Shown: positions 1 to 12,830 of the stretch, in pieces
Layout of the letters: each line of letters opens with the position of its first letter
Position numbering within the stretch: position 1 is the stretch's first letter
Notes under the pieces: model-generated
The model's input: only the letters and a program-made list of their open reading frames with translations
Database searches by the model: none
Told to the model about the DNA's origin: nothing
Assembly: GCF_006345805.1 (NCBI RefSeq)
Contig: NC_042997.1
Location: 119,784,001-119,848,000, forward strand
DNA: 64,000 nucleotides
DNA from: Octopus sinensis
Taxonomy: Eukaryota
Direction: 5' to 3'
Position numbers and translations under genes: made by a program

Positions 1-701
1 AAACGAGAGAAGTGTACCTTAAACCACTACTAAAAAAACACAGCAAACAGAAACAAATAAATACATAACGATTTACTCCTCACACAATGTCTTCAATTAG
101 AGTTTACCCATGATTTTTCAAAGTACTTCCATTGGGTCATGCCATACAAAATTTCTTTCAATTTTACCCCCAATTAAGACAAAATTCGAGAAAACTCAAT
201 ATTTTAACATTTCACTCCGAAAGCATTGATGTACATGTGTGCGTGCGTGAGTGTGTGTGTGTCATTCCTCACACACACGCATACACATATATATATGACA
301 GTGACAAACATAAACTTTTCAAACAACTACATACAAACACGTGTGTGTTTGTTATTAGTAAAAAAGACGCCAAAACACAACTCACTTCTCATTCCAACAC
401 ATTTGCAAAGACACACGGACGGTCGAATTGCTATAACAATACAGAAAAAGTAAATTGGTTTTTATTTTACTTTCTGTCGTTAAATTTTGGTAGTATTAAT
501 TGGCGAGCCGAGCTTGCAGTATGAAACAGTGTTTATGTATAAACAGCCGACACTTATATATAGTTATTAATAAATGTATGCATCCGTTTAAAAGAAAAAC
601 CAAAAAATATTCTATTCTTTATAAATGTTGTGTTCAAAATAACATTTTCTTTTAAGAATGTGTATATAACAAAGTATGTGTATATAACTACGTGGCTTAT
701 A

Positions 702-1100
702 TCTTTATATATAAAAGTGAAGTTGTGTGTCTGTCTCCTACGATTTAGATTCCTAACTACTCCCACATTTTGCGGTGCAGTGTAACCAAAACCGGGTATC
801 TTATAGTCGTGATTCATATCGAGCCCTTCTGGGTATTAGCGTGCGTCTACGATGAGTCTACGATTTAAAAAAAAAATTACCATGATATTTTTCCATTTTA
901 ATGCATTGTTTTCGCTATTATATAAGGGAAGTAACTCTCTAAAAATATCTACGATGTGTCAGCGATTTAAAAGAAAAATTTACCTTAATTTCTTTTCCAT
1001 TTTAATGCATTTTTTTGCTATTTTTTGGCTATAACTCTCTAAAAATGCTTATATAGTTATTTCCCTTACAAACCCGAGCAACGCCGGGCGATACTGCTAG
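702..1100 (+). mobile_element. Non-autonomous Helitron (399 bp)
   Basis: Starts A|TCTTTATATATAAAAG, ends with GC-rich hairpin CCCGAGC-AAC-GCCGGG (1073-1088) then CTAG|T; inserted between A and T with no TSD, the canonical Helitron signature. Confidence 0.8.
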
Positions 1101-1889
1101 TGATTAACTATAAGTAAAAGTGTATGTGTCAGTTATATTAGTATAGTCTTTGTATAATTCAATGTAATTTTCGCCCATTATTATATTCCATATACAGAAT
1201 CTTTTCTCTTTCCATCTTTGCGATACAACCCCACAAGATCCTGAGGAAGATGTCGTGTAGTTAGCGCTATTACAAACATTGGACATATTTATAGTGACAA
1301 TAAACAATACTAATAAAATGGAACACCATTGTATTAGGGGAAATAAGTCATGACTCCAATGCATTTAATGTAAAGCATTAAGTATTATTCTCGTTACCAA
1401 ATTATTTGGGAAGATAACTGAGCTATAAATCATTGAGATGGAATATAGATTAGAAAAATTTGAGAAACTTCAACTAGGAGTTGTTTTTAAAAGATGCGGT
1501 GCATGGGTATGTGAAAGGAATACCACAGTTTATTTCATCGAATTTAAAAGTTGAAAGTTAACGCCGGACAAATTTAGTGTATTTTTAATACATGTCAGCC
1601 TTCATCTCCAAGATCAAGAATTCCAGACCTAGTTAGAAACATTCCAATTCCTGTATTGCGTATGGATTAAGCATATTCGTATTGACCGACTACGTAGATC
1701 GTATAACATTTGCTGCAAATTACACTGAAGAATTTTAGATATCTCTCATTTTAGACATCAGTTGCTGAACAAATACAACTGTAATGGTATAAATGAACAT
1801 AAATTCGATATCCTTTTAATACCTGAAGTCCAAACGCACCAATGCCGAGGCCGTTATGAGACCAGCCCTGCTAGAAATAACTGCAACTT

Positions 1890-2113
1890 AAGGCGGCGGG
1901 CTGGCAGAAACGTTAGCACGCCGGTCGAAATGATTAGCGGTATTTCGTCTACTGTTACGTTCTGAGTTCAAATTCTGCCGAGGTCGACTTTGCCTTTCAT
2001 CATTTTGAGGTCGATAAATTAAGTACCAGTTACGCACTGGAGTCGATGCAATCGACTTAATCTCTTTGTCTGTCTTTGTTTGAGCCCTCTATGTAGGCAA
2101 TAAAGAAATAAGA
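1890..2113 (+). mobile_element. tRNA-derived SINE, family A (Meta-domain-like)
   Basis: Head AAGGCGGCGGGCTGGCAGAAACGTTAGCACG, B-box-like GAGTTCAAATTC, central CGACTTTGCCTTTCATC...GGTCGATAAATTAAGTACCAG; homologous copies at 7152 and 11452. Confidence 0.85.
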
Positions 2114-5041
2114 AATTACTGCAACAACATTGGATGGAAGTGGAAGGGCATTAACTGTGGTAGTTACTATTTACTTAACCATATCTGTGTTCTACGCTTC
2201 AAAGTCTGATGTTGGACTAAAAAACAAAAGAAGATATCAAATCGAATAAAGAACCTGTAAAAACAAATAATTGTTGAATGATATTTCAGCCATTGAAATA
2301 AAATCTAATTCAGCAAGTTGATTTAAGAAACTAAATATTTTGTTTCTGTTTCGTTCAGGGACTCCGTTCCTTCGTAAAATTAAAAAAGGTAATAACTACG
2401 TTAAAAGGTAGAAAATCACGATGGGATATAAACCGTTTATACATTGGTCATGCTAAGAAGAATCTGAAACGAAAATTACACACTCGCAAGTAAGCCTGGA
2501 AACCATTCAGCTGACATATGCTTGTATTAAATTGCGATAATAAGGGATGATTTAAAATGATTATTGTATCTGTCAATACAGCTTGCAACACTGAACGGGG
2601 AAGTTGTAAATAGCATATGAAAAGTAAATAAAAATCAAACAATGCAATACCATGATATTGAATTTCTCACATACTCTGGTGTCACTCAATAAACATTTTA
2701 ACCGTTACAAGTTTTTATGCTAACCGATAATGTCAGACGTTTGCACAAAATATATTCCAAAGGGTGGCAAGGCTAATATGTTCGTACGGGTTTCTGCATA
2801 AAATAGAATGTGATGTATAGTTGGACTATGTGACGTGTTCTAAGAAAACTAACAGCTACAAAAGATATCGAAATAAGATGTTAAACTAAATATCAGTAAT
2901 TTAAAGGATGGAGTGGTAGTGATGGGAATACATATGCAATAAATTAGAAACAATTATTTAGTTTTCTTAGATATTTCACATAAGGAAGACATAAGATTTA
3001 TTATGCTTGGAATATATAGGAAATCGAGGAGCCTCAATAATTTGATTTCTCTCCGTGAAGGTTTTGTTACTAAAATATAATAATGAAATAGACAATACGT
3101 GTTAGGTAACAGTAAATATACTGAAAAGAAAATCGTACTTATAATTAAAAAGCGCACGTATGTGAATGCAAACATTTGTAATGTAAAATAACTTATCTAG
3201 CTGACAATGATGGAAAAATAATTAGACCAAGAAAGGCTGAAATCACGCGATCTGCTAGTCTCGCCACGGCAATGGCGTTGATTTGACACTTGATAGTGAT
3301 GAAAACAAGGATGCATATATGTACCAAAAGACCATACGAGGGACTTTTCAGGGTAAATTTCTCAGCATGATGTGTTCTAACACAACATCCACCTTTCATT
3401 TAGGATAACTATTACATAATTGTAATATTTTTAATGTGAATTAAATTTCGAAAACTTTTAAATAGGAACGGTTATTTGAAAATATCCTCAAGGGTAGTAT
3501 TTGACCGTTTAGCACGCTAAGAAATGCCACAGAAGCTACAATTCCTATTTGTGTGTTTATGTAGGAAGTAAATATTTCGGATGTTATGATGATCTGTAAT
3601 GTAAACCGATATTTTCTGCCAAAACAGTTATATATAAAAACCACTGATAATTATATGTGCAATATCCATACTATATCTATATATATTAGGTAGTTGGTTA
3701 ATATATATCTATATATATTATGTTGTATATTGTATGGTAATATCCATACAATATCAATATATATTATGTAGTTGGTTAAGCATGTTCACTAAATATATTT
3801 TATTTACACATACAGTGATGTTTGAAATCGCGACAGCTATTGTGTAGTGTATCATATATTGTTAAAATCGGTCTTTGGAAACTTTAGACATATTAGTGCG
3901 CAGATTATTACGGTTTCCGTGATATATCATGGAATGAATATCCTCAAAGGAAGGCTAGTCCTATGCAACGTTAATTCCTGCTTTTCCTGATATTCATTTT
4001 TATTCGAGTCGACTGAAGTATCATAAAAGGAAATAGAATGAAAACCAACACGTTCAGTAATACGTATTGATACATATGTTCTATTTATTTATTGGCATAC
4101 TACTCGTGAGCTGAGTGCAATTTTCTTATTTAATTCCCTGTTATTTATGCACCGTATCTACAAATACTAAACCGTCTTTTATAATTTGGAGAAAACTGAG
4201 ATTGTAGAATGATTTACAAATCATTCAATGGATATAATTCACCTGAGGAACCCCTCGTATGAAATCCAATATGAATACAATAATCTATTTTGTTGTTCAA
4301 TATTAATATAGTGCAAGATATCTCACAGAAAAATTTTCTGGAATATTGTCACGTAGAAAATGCAATTTCCTTTGGTAGTGTATGTGCATTTGCACAGCGG
4401 TTTGATTGAATAGGTCTAAAGTTGTTATAATTAACAACTACAGATTACGTTTATATTGCAGCTGTAAACCTGTGAATACACAAAATTTACAGTCCAATAA
4501 CAGCTTATGTACTGAGACAATAATAATAAACTATAATAACGAAGAATATTACAAAACTTATATTTAAATTGGCCATGTGATAATGTATGAAAACATGTAA
4601 AACTCTTACTTTATCGAATTATACATGGAGAAATGTAGATCGTTGTGAGCGTTGCTTTTTTGCGCAGAATTAGTCAGCTATCATTTCATACAGGAGGTGA
4701 CTGAAATGTAATTAATACATGTACGGTATTAATTGCTGTTAACGTATATACTTCCATATTCAGCAAGATCAAAGTAGTGTCATGTAATGCAATCCAAACG
4801 AACAAGCAGCTGAAGCATAGCACGTTGTCCTCGTATTTAAATATTCATCAAAAATATACTGTGATCGATAAACGCTTCGCATTTGTTTTAGGTACATGAA
4901 ACAGCTCCCGAGAGACTACGTAACAGTGAATAACGAGAGAGAGAGAGGGGGTAGAGAGGGGATGGAGAGAGGAAGGGAAGAAATGAAGGTAGGGATACTA
5001 AAAGAAGAGACAAAGGAGATTATTGCAGCATTGCAACAGAA

Positions 5042-5117
5042 CCATGTGTGTGTGTGTGTGTGTGCGTGTGTGCATATATATACACAGAGATACACACACA
5101 TATAAATATTTGTATAA

Positions 5118-5151
<34 letters not shown>

Positions 5152-5187
5152 GATACATATAAGTATGCATATAGATATAAATAGATG

Positions 5188-5219
<32 letters not shown>

Positions 5220-5413
5220 GTATGTATGTATGTATGTATGTACATGTATGTCTGTATATATGTAAGTATATATATGTATTTGTGTATAAGTGTGTATGCA
5301 TATTTATGTCTATATATTTAAGTATATATATATACATATATATATATATATTTATATGTATATATATATATTTACATATTTATATGTGTGTGTATATGTG
5401 TGTATGCATATAT

Positions 5414-5462
<49 letters not shown>
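5042..5462. repeat. Compound microsatellite (TG)n/(TA)n/(TATG)n
   Basis: Directly visible; representative of dozens of similar tracts that generate the YI/CV/HT pseudo-ORFs. Confidence 0.95.
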
Positions 5463-5464
<2 letters not shown>

Positions 5465-5999
5465 AGTGAGAGAGAAGAGGATAGAGAGGAGAAATAAATA
5501 TAAGGGTGATTCATTCTTTCGTTATTACACAAATAATATTGGTACAAAGTCTGTTTATTGGTTTGAGATATATGAAGACTTGTGCTTTCTGTTGGGCAGT
5601 TCATTAATAATGATATTAGATACTTGTAAATCCAACTTCAATTCATAGCCTGACACAGCCTATAAAGGAAACTGCAATGTACGTCTTTAAATGCAATCCT
5701 ATGTTATGAAAATCTGTGTAAATATATTAAACCGGTCTATAAGATATATGTATTGATTTTTACATCACCTTCAAATATAGACGTTCTACACGTTCTTTTG
5801 TTTTACATTTATTCAACAAATAATAGACTGCATAATATATGCCACACTGGCCAGACATGTTGCGTAACATGCGAGATTTTTCTCAGTTAAGATATGCAAT
5901 ATACTGAAAAAAACATTAGGAAACGTGGGTTATGCCCATTAATTTTGGCTGCAAAGTGAATTGCTTTACGCATTTATGCCGATATGCAGATAGGTTGCG

Positions 6000-6037
<38 letters not shown>

Positions 6038-7151
6038 TAGAGAGAGAGAAAGAGAGGGAGCGAGTGAATGAGTTATACAGCGTGGGAACATTGTATGTAC
6101 GAGAAAATATAAAATGGTGAGTAGGGAAAAGAATTCAGTGAAGGTAACCTCTTTTAAAAAATCATACTGCATTTGATGTAAAAAAACCAGATTTTATTGC
6201 ATTCTGAAGATGCTGTATAGATTCTCTTCAAATGTTTGAGGTTTACGAATTCCTATAAAACCGTTAACTGACAACATTTCTTTTACTCACTATTGTGAAA
6301 ATAGTAAATATTCCAAGAAAATAATAAAATACTACGTGTTTTTTTTCTCTTGCTCTCTTGTTTGTTGTGGTTTTTGCTTTTCCTCTTCTTCTCCTCTCCT
6401 CCTCCTCCTCCTCCCCTCCTCTTTCTCTGCATTATACTTTCGAAAGTCTCCTGAAAAGGTATTTCATATTCAATGGCGTCCTTACTTACTAGTCTGTTCA
6501 GGTGACACTAGAACCTTTGTGGTTTACACCCACATCTACTTTTAAAGTATTCTCACTTCTCACTTCGGGAGACACCAGTCTTAGTACATTAAACAGTCGG
6601 CAATAGATGAGTGGCGCTTTGTTTTATCGACACAGGAACGTTAACTGCATGGTTTGCCTCATCGTGATTTGAGCTCACATCTTAAATCATCGAAATACCC
6701 CAGCAGCATATATATGTTTGGTCAGAAACTAATAATACTAACACTTCTGTTATGTCGTTAGTTATAACCTAACCGCTAATATGCCCAATAAACTGATAGC
6801 AACTCACACAATATCAAGCGTCATACGACAGGTTTTCATTCGACATATTTGATGGCATTCGTTTATTAGCAATAATAACCAGAAACTTTCTTAATACCAG
6901 AGAGAAATATCTTAATTTATTGAAAACTTCATGTTCAGTATTTATGAACATAAATGAAGGATTGGCAATAAAAACAAAAACGCTAGAATGGATGGTGAAT
7001 AGCAATAATTTCCGCTGTTGTATTCCCTAAAGTTTAACTTGAGATAAAGCATTGTGAAAAACGGTATTATCCAGTCAATTTTCTAAATTCCCTTTTAGAC
7101 TTTCCACTGTTTATGACTGCATTATCCACTGTCTCCAATTTTGTTGGTGGG

Positions 7152-7365
7152 AGAAACGTTAGCACGCCGGGCGAAACGCGTAGCCGTATTTTATCTGCCG
7201 CTACGTTCTGAGTTCAAATTCCGCCGAGGTCGACTTTGCCTTTCATCATTTCGGGGTCGATAAATTAAGTACCAGTCACGCACTGGAGTCGATGTAATCG
7301 ACTTAATCCGTTTGTCTTTCCTTGTTTTTCCCCTCTTTATTTAGCCCCTTGTGGTTAGTAAAGAA

Positions 7366-7367
<2 letters not shown>
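7152..7367 (+). mobile_element. tRNA-derived SINE, family A
   Basis: Homologous to 1890-2113; 3' tail AGCCCCTTGTGGTTAGTAAAGAAATA then (TA)n. Confidence 0.85.
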
Positions 7368-7422
<55 letters not shown>

Positions 7423-7427
7423 GAATG

Positions 7428-7458
<31 letters not shown>

Positions 7459-7460
<2 letters not shown>

Positions 7461-7880
7461 GCGCAGGAGTGGCTGTGTGGTAAGTAGCTTGCTAACCAAC
7501 CACATGGTTCGGGGTTCAGTCCCACTGCGTGGCATCTTGGGCAAGTGTCTTCTTCTATAGCCCCGGGCCGACCAATGCCTTGTGGGTGGATTTGGTAGAC
7601 GCAAACTGAAAGAAGCCTGCCGTATATATGTATATATGTATATATATGTGTGTGTATGTGTTTGTGTGTCTGTTTTTGTCCCCCTAGCATTGCTTGACAA
7701 CCGATGCTGGTGTGTTTACGTCGCCGTCATATAGCGGTTTGGCAAAAGAGACCGATAGAATAAGTACTGGGTTTACAAAGAATAAGTCCCGGTGTCGATT
7801 TGCTCGACTAAAGGCGGTGCTCCAGCATGGCCGCAGTCAAATGACTGAAACAAATAAAAGAGTAAAAGAGTAAAAGAATA
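7459..7880 (+). mobile_element. tRNA-derived SINE, family B (CORE-like), full length
   Basis: Head GGCGCAGGAGTGGCTGTGTGGTAAG, GGTTCAGTCCC box, CORE-like TTGGGCAAGTGTCT, internal TA/TG tract, tail GCAGTCAAATGACTGAAAC..(TAAAAGAG)n; at least 10 homologous copies in the window. Confidence 0.9.
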
Positions 7881-7887
7881 TATATAT

Positions 7888-10563
7888 GTGATAGCTATCA
7901 CCGAGACTTGGCTGACTCCAGCAGTAAAGGACTCAGAAATCCACCTACAGGGCTACGTCCTCTTCGGATGTGACAGAGAAAAAAGGCGAGGTGGAGGTGT
8001 TGCTGTGTATGTTAAATCTGATCTCAAACCGTCCAGTGGTATTCTACCCACTAATGCTCAACCTACAACAAAATTCGATGACGTCTATTGCAAGCTGAGC
8101 CTATCCGAGTTTTGCCTGCCCGTGTTAGCTGTCTACATGCCGCCTCTTGCCGCCCTCCAGGACGATGCTCATTTACTCGAAGCGATAAGATTCGTTTCAG
8201 CTTCGCATGACTGTTTGATACTAGGAGACTTCAACGCACCCACGATCGATTGGCCCGCATCAATTTGTACATCATCTTCCCGGTTCGGCCAGGCCCTTCT
8301 TGACATGGCTGAAGATTGTTTTCTATCGCAACATGTTGAATATCCGACAAGGCATCGGTCTGGGCAGCAGCCATCTATGCTGGATCTGGTATTCTCCCGC
8401 TATCCAAGATCAGTGTCAGACGTATCTGTGTGCGCCCCTCTTGCCAAGAGTGATCATGCGGTCCTGAAGTTCGTCATGCAAACAAATTTTTCTACGCCCA
8501 CGACTACTTCGCTGCCACGTAGAGTCTTCTCTGCAATTAATCTTGAAATTCTAACCGAGGCTTCCGCGCTTCTGGACTGGCGATCCCTGATGACGTTGTC
8601 CTCAGTTGACGATCTATGGTCATCCCTCAAAGCATATATAATCTGGTTGACTGACCAGGCAGTTCCCGTTGAGCTTCCCAAGAAGAAGAAACACAAGCCC
8701 TGGGTGACGAAGAAGGTTAAACGAGAACTTCGACTCAGAGATATTGCTTGGGCTGAATTCAAAAATCTGGATTCGACTGCAGCTTTTGAGGTGTACAAAA
8801 CTCAACGAGACCAAGCCGTGAAAATTGAAAAGGAAGAACGCTTCAGTTATGAATACAAAATCGCGGCAAATGCCAGTAGCAATCCAAAAACCTTCTTTGC
8901 CCATGTCCAACGGAATTCCCGCTTGAACAACCAGATTGCAACGTTGGTAGACTCAACAGGCGTATCGATTGAGGACCCTTATCAACAGAGTCAATTATTT
9001 GCCGAGGCTTTTTCAACTATTTTCAAACAAGATTATGGTCGTGAACCCTCTCCATTTGATAGATCGGTACCTCCAATGTTTCGATTGGTCATCACGCGGG
9101 ACGAAGTCAAACGTGTTATTCAAGGCCTCGATGTCAACAAGGGTCACGGCCCTGAGGACATACACCCACGGGTTATCAAAGCGTTGGCTCCGGTCATCAG
9201 CGAGCCCTTAACACGTCTATTCAATATGTCATTGGCGATGGGTGTTATACCTGCGGACTGGAGAACAGCGATAATCTGCCCAATTTTCAAGAAAGGGAGC
9301 CGCGAAGACCCGCTTAACTACCGACCGGTTTCTCTTACATCAATAATCAGCAAGATGTTCGAAAGCATCATTAAGAAAAGTATGATGCTCCACCTCCAAA
9401 ACACAGCCTCTATCTCTGATTCCCAACACGGCTTCGTGCCGAAGAGATCATGCTTGACCAACTTACTGGTAATGGAAGAATTGGTGACGCGCATCCTTGA
9501 TGATAGTGATGCTGTTGACATCGTTTTATTGGACTTTGCCAAAGCTTTTCACTCGGTAAACCACCGCCTATTACTTGTCAAGCTTCAAGCATACAGTTTC
9601 CATCCAGATATTGTACGATGGGTTGGTGCCTTCCTCTCAGATCGCTCCTTCCAAGTCCAAGTTAATGGTTTGCGGTCCGACGTCTCCAGTGCGAGCAGTG
9701 GCGTGCCTCAAGGTTCAGTGCTTGGGCCCTTATTGTTCTTAGTCTTCATAAATGACTTGCCCGACGATCTCACGCAACACACCCTTCTATTTGCCGACGA
9801 TGTCAAACTGGTCGCTCCTCGCGGTGATATAGAGGATCTTCGTCGATGCCTCCACCAAATTTGGAGATGGTCTAACGAATGGGACCTGTGTCTGAACGTG
9901 TCAAAGTGCTGTCATCTGCCTGTTGGCTCTCCTCCTGCAACTCAACTTGATTTCGAGTCGGGTCATCTGCTGCTGGAGAGGACCGATCAGGTAAAGGACC
10001 TGGGTATCTTGGTGGATTCCTCCTTTTCGCCTTCCGCCCAGTGCGTCCATGCTGCCAACAAAGCACGCGGAATTCTGTTCTTGATTCGACGGTCATTCGG
10101 AATGCTCACAGCAGCCATATTCCTACCACTCTATGTCACGCTGGTGAGACCCATATTGGAGTACGGGATTCAAGCCTCTTCTCCTTATCTCCTCAAAGAC
10201 ATACAGCATCTCGAAAGAATCAAGAAGCTGGCTACCCGCATGGTTCATGGTCTCAAAAATTTGTCCTATGAAGAAAGGCTGAAGACGCTCGACCTTTATT
10301 CTCTAGAAAACCGCCGCCGTCGTGGTGATCTCATTCTCGCCCACAACATCATAAGCGGAAAGTGTAACCTCTCGAAAGAGCTGTTCTTCACTCCTGCTCC
10401 AGAGCGTCGGCTACGGGGTCATTCCGAAAAGCTCTACCTGCGACGATTTCATCTCAATCGAAGGAGAGGAGCTTTCTCCGTCCGGGTTGCGGTTCCGTGG
10501 AACAAGCTGCCAGACGAGATGGTGAAGATGCCAAACGACCGCTTTGTTCAAAGCCTCCCTTGA
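7888..10563 (+). CDS. APE endonuclease + reverse transcriptase (CR1 ORF2)
   Basis: EN motifs ETW, GDFNA, LDLVF, SDH; RT motifs YRPVSLTS, QHGF..RSCLTNL, LDFAKAF, GVPQGSVLGP, FADD. First EN motif lost to truncation; a +1 frameshift near 10533 alters the C-terminus. Confidence 0.9.
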   Translation: MIAITETWLTPAVKDSEIHLQGYVLFGCDREKRRGGGVAVYVKSDLKPSSGILPTNAQPTTKFDDVYCKLSLSEFCLPVLAVYMPPLAALQDDAHLLEAIRFVSASHDCLILGDFNAPTIDWPASICTSSSRFGQALLDMAEDCFLSQHVEYPTRHRSGQQPSMLDLVFSRYPRSVSDVSVCAPLAKSDHAVLKFVMQTNFSTPTTTSLPRRVFSAINLEILTEASALLDWRSLMTLSSVDDLWSSLKAYIIWLTDQAVPVELPKKKKHKPWVTKKVKRELRLRDIAWAEFKNLDSTAAFEVYKTQRDQAVKIEKEERFSYEYKIAANASSNPKTFFAHVQRNSRLNNQIATLVDSTGVSIEDPYQQSQLFAEAFSTIFKQDYGREPSPFDRSVPPMFRLVITRDEVKRVIQGLDVNKGHGPEDIHPRVIKALAPVISEPLTRLFNMSLAMGVIPADWRTAIICPIFKKGSREDPLNYRPVSLTSIISKMFESIIKKSMMLHLQNTASISDSQHGFVPKRSCLTNLLVMEELVTRILDDSDAVDIVLLDFAKAFHSVNHRLLLVKLQAYSFHPDIVRWVGAFLSDRSFQVQVNGLRSDVSSASSGVPQGSVLGPLLFLVFINDLPDDLTQHTLLFADDVKLVAPRGDIEDLRRCLHQIWRWSNEWDLCLNVSKCCHLPVGSPPATQLDFESGHLLLERTDQVKDLGILVDSSFSPSAQCVHAANKARGILFLIRRSFGMLTAAIFLPLYVTLVRPILEYGIQASSPYLLKDIQHLERIKKLATRMVHGLKNLSYEERLKTLDLYSLENRRRRGDLILAHNIISGKCNLSKELFFTPAPERRLRGHSEKLYLRRFHLNRRRGAFSVRVAVPWNKLPDEMVKMPNDRFVQSLP

Positions 10564-10675
10564 CCTCAAGTGGCCTGAACTCTTTACCTGAACACCATAC
10601 TGTACTTAACTCCATGTCTCCCTACATGGCCTTGCTATTTGCTTTTGAGCCAAATTAACTAACTAACTAACTAAC
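7888..10675 (+). mobile_element. CR1-clade LINE, 5'-truncated, young
   Basis: 891-aa ORF, short 3' UTR with CCATGT/ACATGG stem-loop (10612-10629), (TAAC)n tail 10656-10675; inserted in the (TA)n after a SINE. Confidence 0.9.
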
Positions 10676-10819
10676 ATATATATATATATATATATATATA
10701 TCGTTATATTTCGGAATGGTCATTTTGCCAGTTTAGCCAATAAAAACACACGCACTATATATTTGGTGTTAATTTGCTTCAGTGTTATTTATTTTTTACA
10801 TTCATCTTAATCTAATTTC

Positions 10820-10864
10820 GGCCAGAGTTCTTTCGTCACACTCCTGTGACCGCATCAGTGGTCC
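10820..10864 (-). ncRNA. Decayed type I hammerhead motif in a PLE terminal-repeat-like fragment
   Basis: Minus strand: GGACCA-CTGATGC-G-GTCAC aggagt GTGAC-GAAA-GAAC-TC-TGGCC; perfect 5-bp stem II, A9 replaced by C, one stem I mismatch. Confidence 0.55.
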
Positions 10865-11451
10865 TTTGTTTTCTTCTTTCTTATTTATGTCTCTCTTTAC
10901 TAACCGTCAGCAATTTTGTATTTCTATTGTATGTCTTCATTTGCGCATACTTACATCTCTATTGCGTCTATGTTTATTTAGTGTGTGTGTGGGGGGGGGG
11001 GCCTGTAAAATTTGTATCTTCTGTTTATATCCCTTCATGTAATTTGTTTTTGTTGTTGTTGTTTTTGTTTATTCTTATTTTTATCATGTGCTTACATCCA
11101 CTTATTATTATTATCATTACGTATGCTTGTATGTATGTATAACAACAATACTAGTAATAATAATAATAATAATAAATTTAAAAAAACTTTTAAATTAAAC
11201 AAAAAAATATATAGTTATTTATTTCAATTTGTGTATTTATCTGTATCTTTCATTTATTCTGTTTTTGGTTTTGTTTATATTGTAACCAGTTTATTGGGAT
11301 CCTCTACCGTCGTATGCTAAGGTGTGTGCTAGTGTTCCATTCCAGTTTCCTATTTAGGCCAGGTTTATCTTCTATTATGTGTGTAGCTTCTGTAAATTAC
11401 AGAAGAAAATTTCATGCCATGCTACAGTACACGTATTATTTTCAAATATAA

Positions 11452-11668
11452 AAGGCGGGGAGCTCCAAGAAACGTTAACTGACCGGATGAAATGTTTAGC
11501 AGCATTTCGTCTGTCTTCACGTTCTGAGTTTATATTCCACGGAGGTCGACTTTGCCTTTCATCCTTTTGGAGTCGATAATATAAAATACTAGTCGCGTAC
11601 TGGGGTCGATCTAATCGAATAGCCCCTCCCCAAAAATTTCGGACCTTGTGTCTAGAATAGAAAAGAAT
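11452..11668 (+). mobile_element. tRNA-derived SINE, family A (different 3' tail)
   Basis: Same head and central domain as 1890; tail CCCCAAAAATTTCGGACCTTGTGTCTAGAATAGAAAAGAA. Confidence 0.8.
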
Positions 11669-12614
11669 ATTTTCAGATTTAATTTACAAAACGTACCCAA
11701 CATTTGCAATGTAAATGTTAAACGTATCTTCATATGTTTTCATGCTTATCATTCACCAACAGGTCAGAATTAATCTAAAAATGTAAAAGTTCAAAAGTTT
11801 TGCAGAGTAGCAAATAGGAATTGAAATGAAACAATTAGAACCCTTCGAGATTATTTATAAGCTTCAGAAATAGAAGAGAGAATTAAGCGAAGATACGGAG
11901 TTACTAATCAATATATTCATTGAAATAGAAAATTAGGAATATTGCATGATGGTGATCCATTGATGGGTACGGAACTAATTTAGCAGGATATACGCAATTA
12001 TAAATGTAATTGACTGAAATATATGATGTTTCGAGTAAATCAAACCTGGTTCCTATATAATTTCATGTAACAGACTCTGGATTCTTAGCTTGGTGCAATG
12101 AAGCTGATGACCTATCGCGTATGCATAATAACTTATTTGGTGAATGTTGATAAAGTATGTAAATCAATTTAAATAATAGCTAACAGTTTCTATGTTGCTA
12201 CAGAGGCCAGGCAATTGTGGATAAATTATGAAATATGCAATGGATACAAAGACTACAAGTTGACGCTATATATATATATACATTCAATAGCTTAAGAAGA
12301 CGAAAAAAAGCAGCAATCTGTAAAGCAGAATCCTAAAAAGTTCTTCAAACGTAAGTGGTTTCATTAGACAAATACATGTTTAAATATGCAAAAATGCTAA
12401 AGCTTTTTGTTGTCCTAAAGTCATCATTCTTGATATGCTGACTCTATCTATCTATACAGATATTCGTTAAAATATACCTGATACTTGCGCCAGTGTGTTT
12501 ACTCAACGCCATACATTTTTGTTGAAAGTATCGTAAAATGATCTTATTTTGGCTATGATCGTTATCGCAATGAGGATAGTTACACAGAGTAATAGACTGA
12601 TTGTTTCTACTCCT

Positions 12615-12759
12615 CTACTTGTTTCAGTCATGCTGGAGCACCGCCTTTAGTCGAGCAAATCGACCAAGGACGTATTCTTTGTAAGCCTAGTACTTATTCT
12701 ATCGTGTTTTTTTGCCTACCCGCTAAGGTACGGGGAGGTAAACACAACGGCATCGGTTA

Positions 12760-12830
<71 letters not shown>

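Noticed and set aside
4237-4276. ATTCAC-CTGAGGA-N11-GAAA-TCCAA-TA-TGAAT hammerhead-like spacing
   Set aside because: Stem II is essentially unpaired and stem I is out of register by one base; could be chance or a very old relic.
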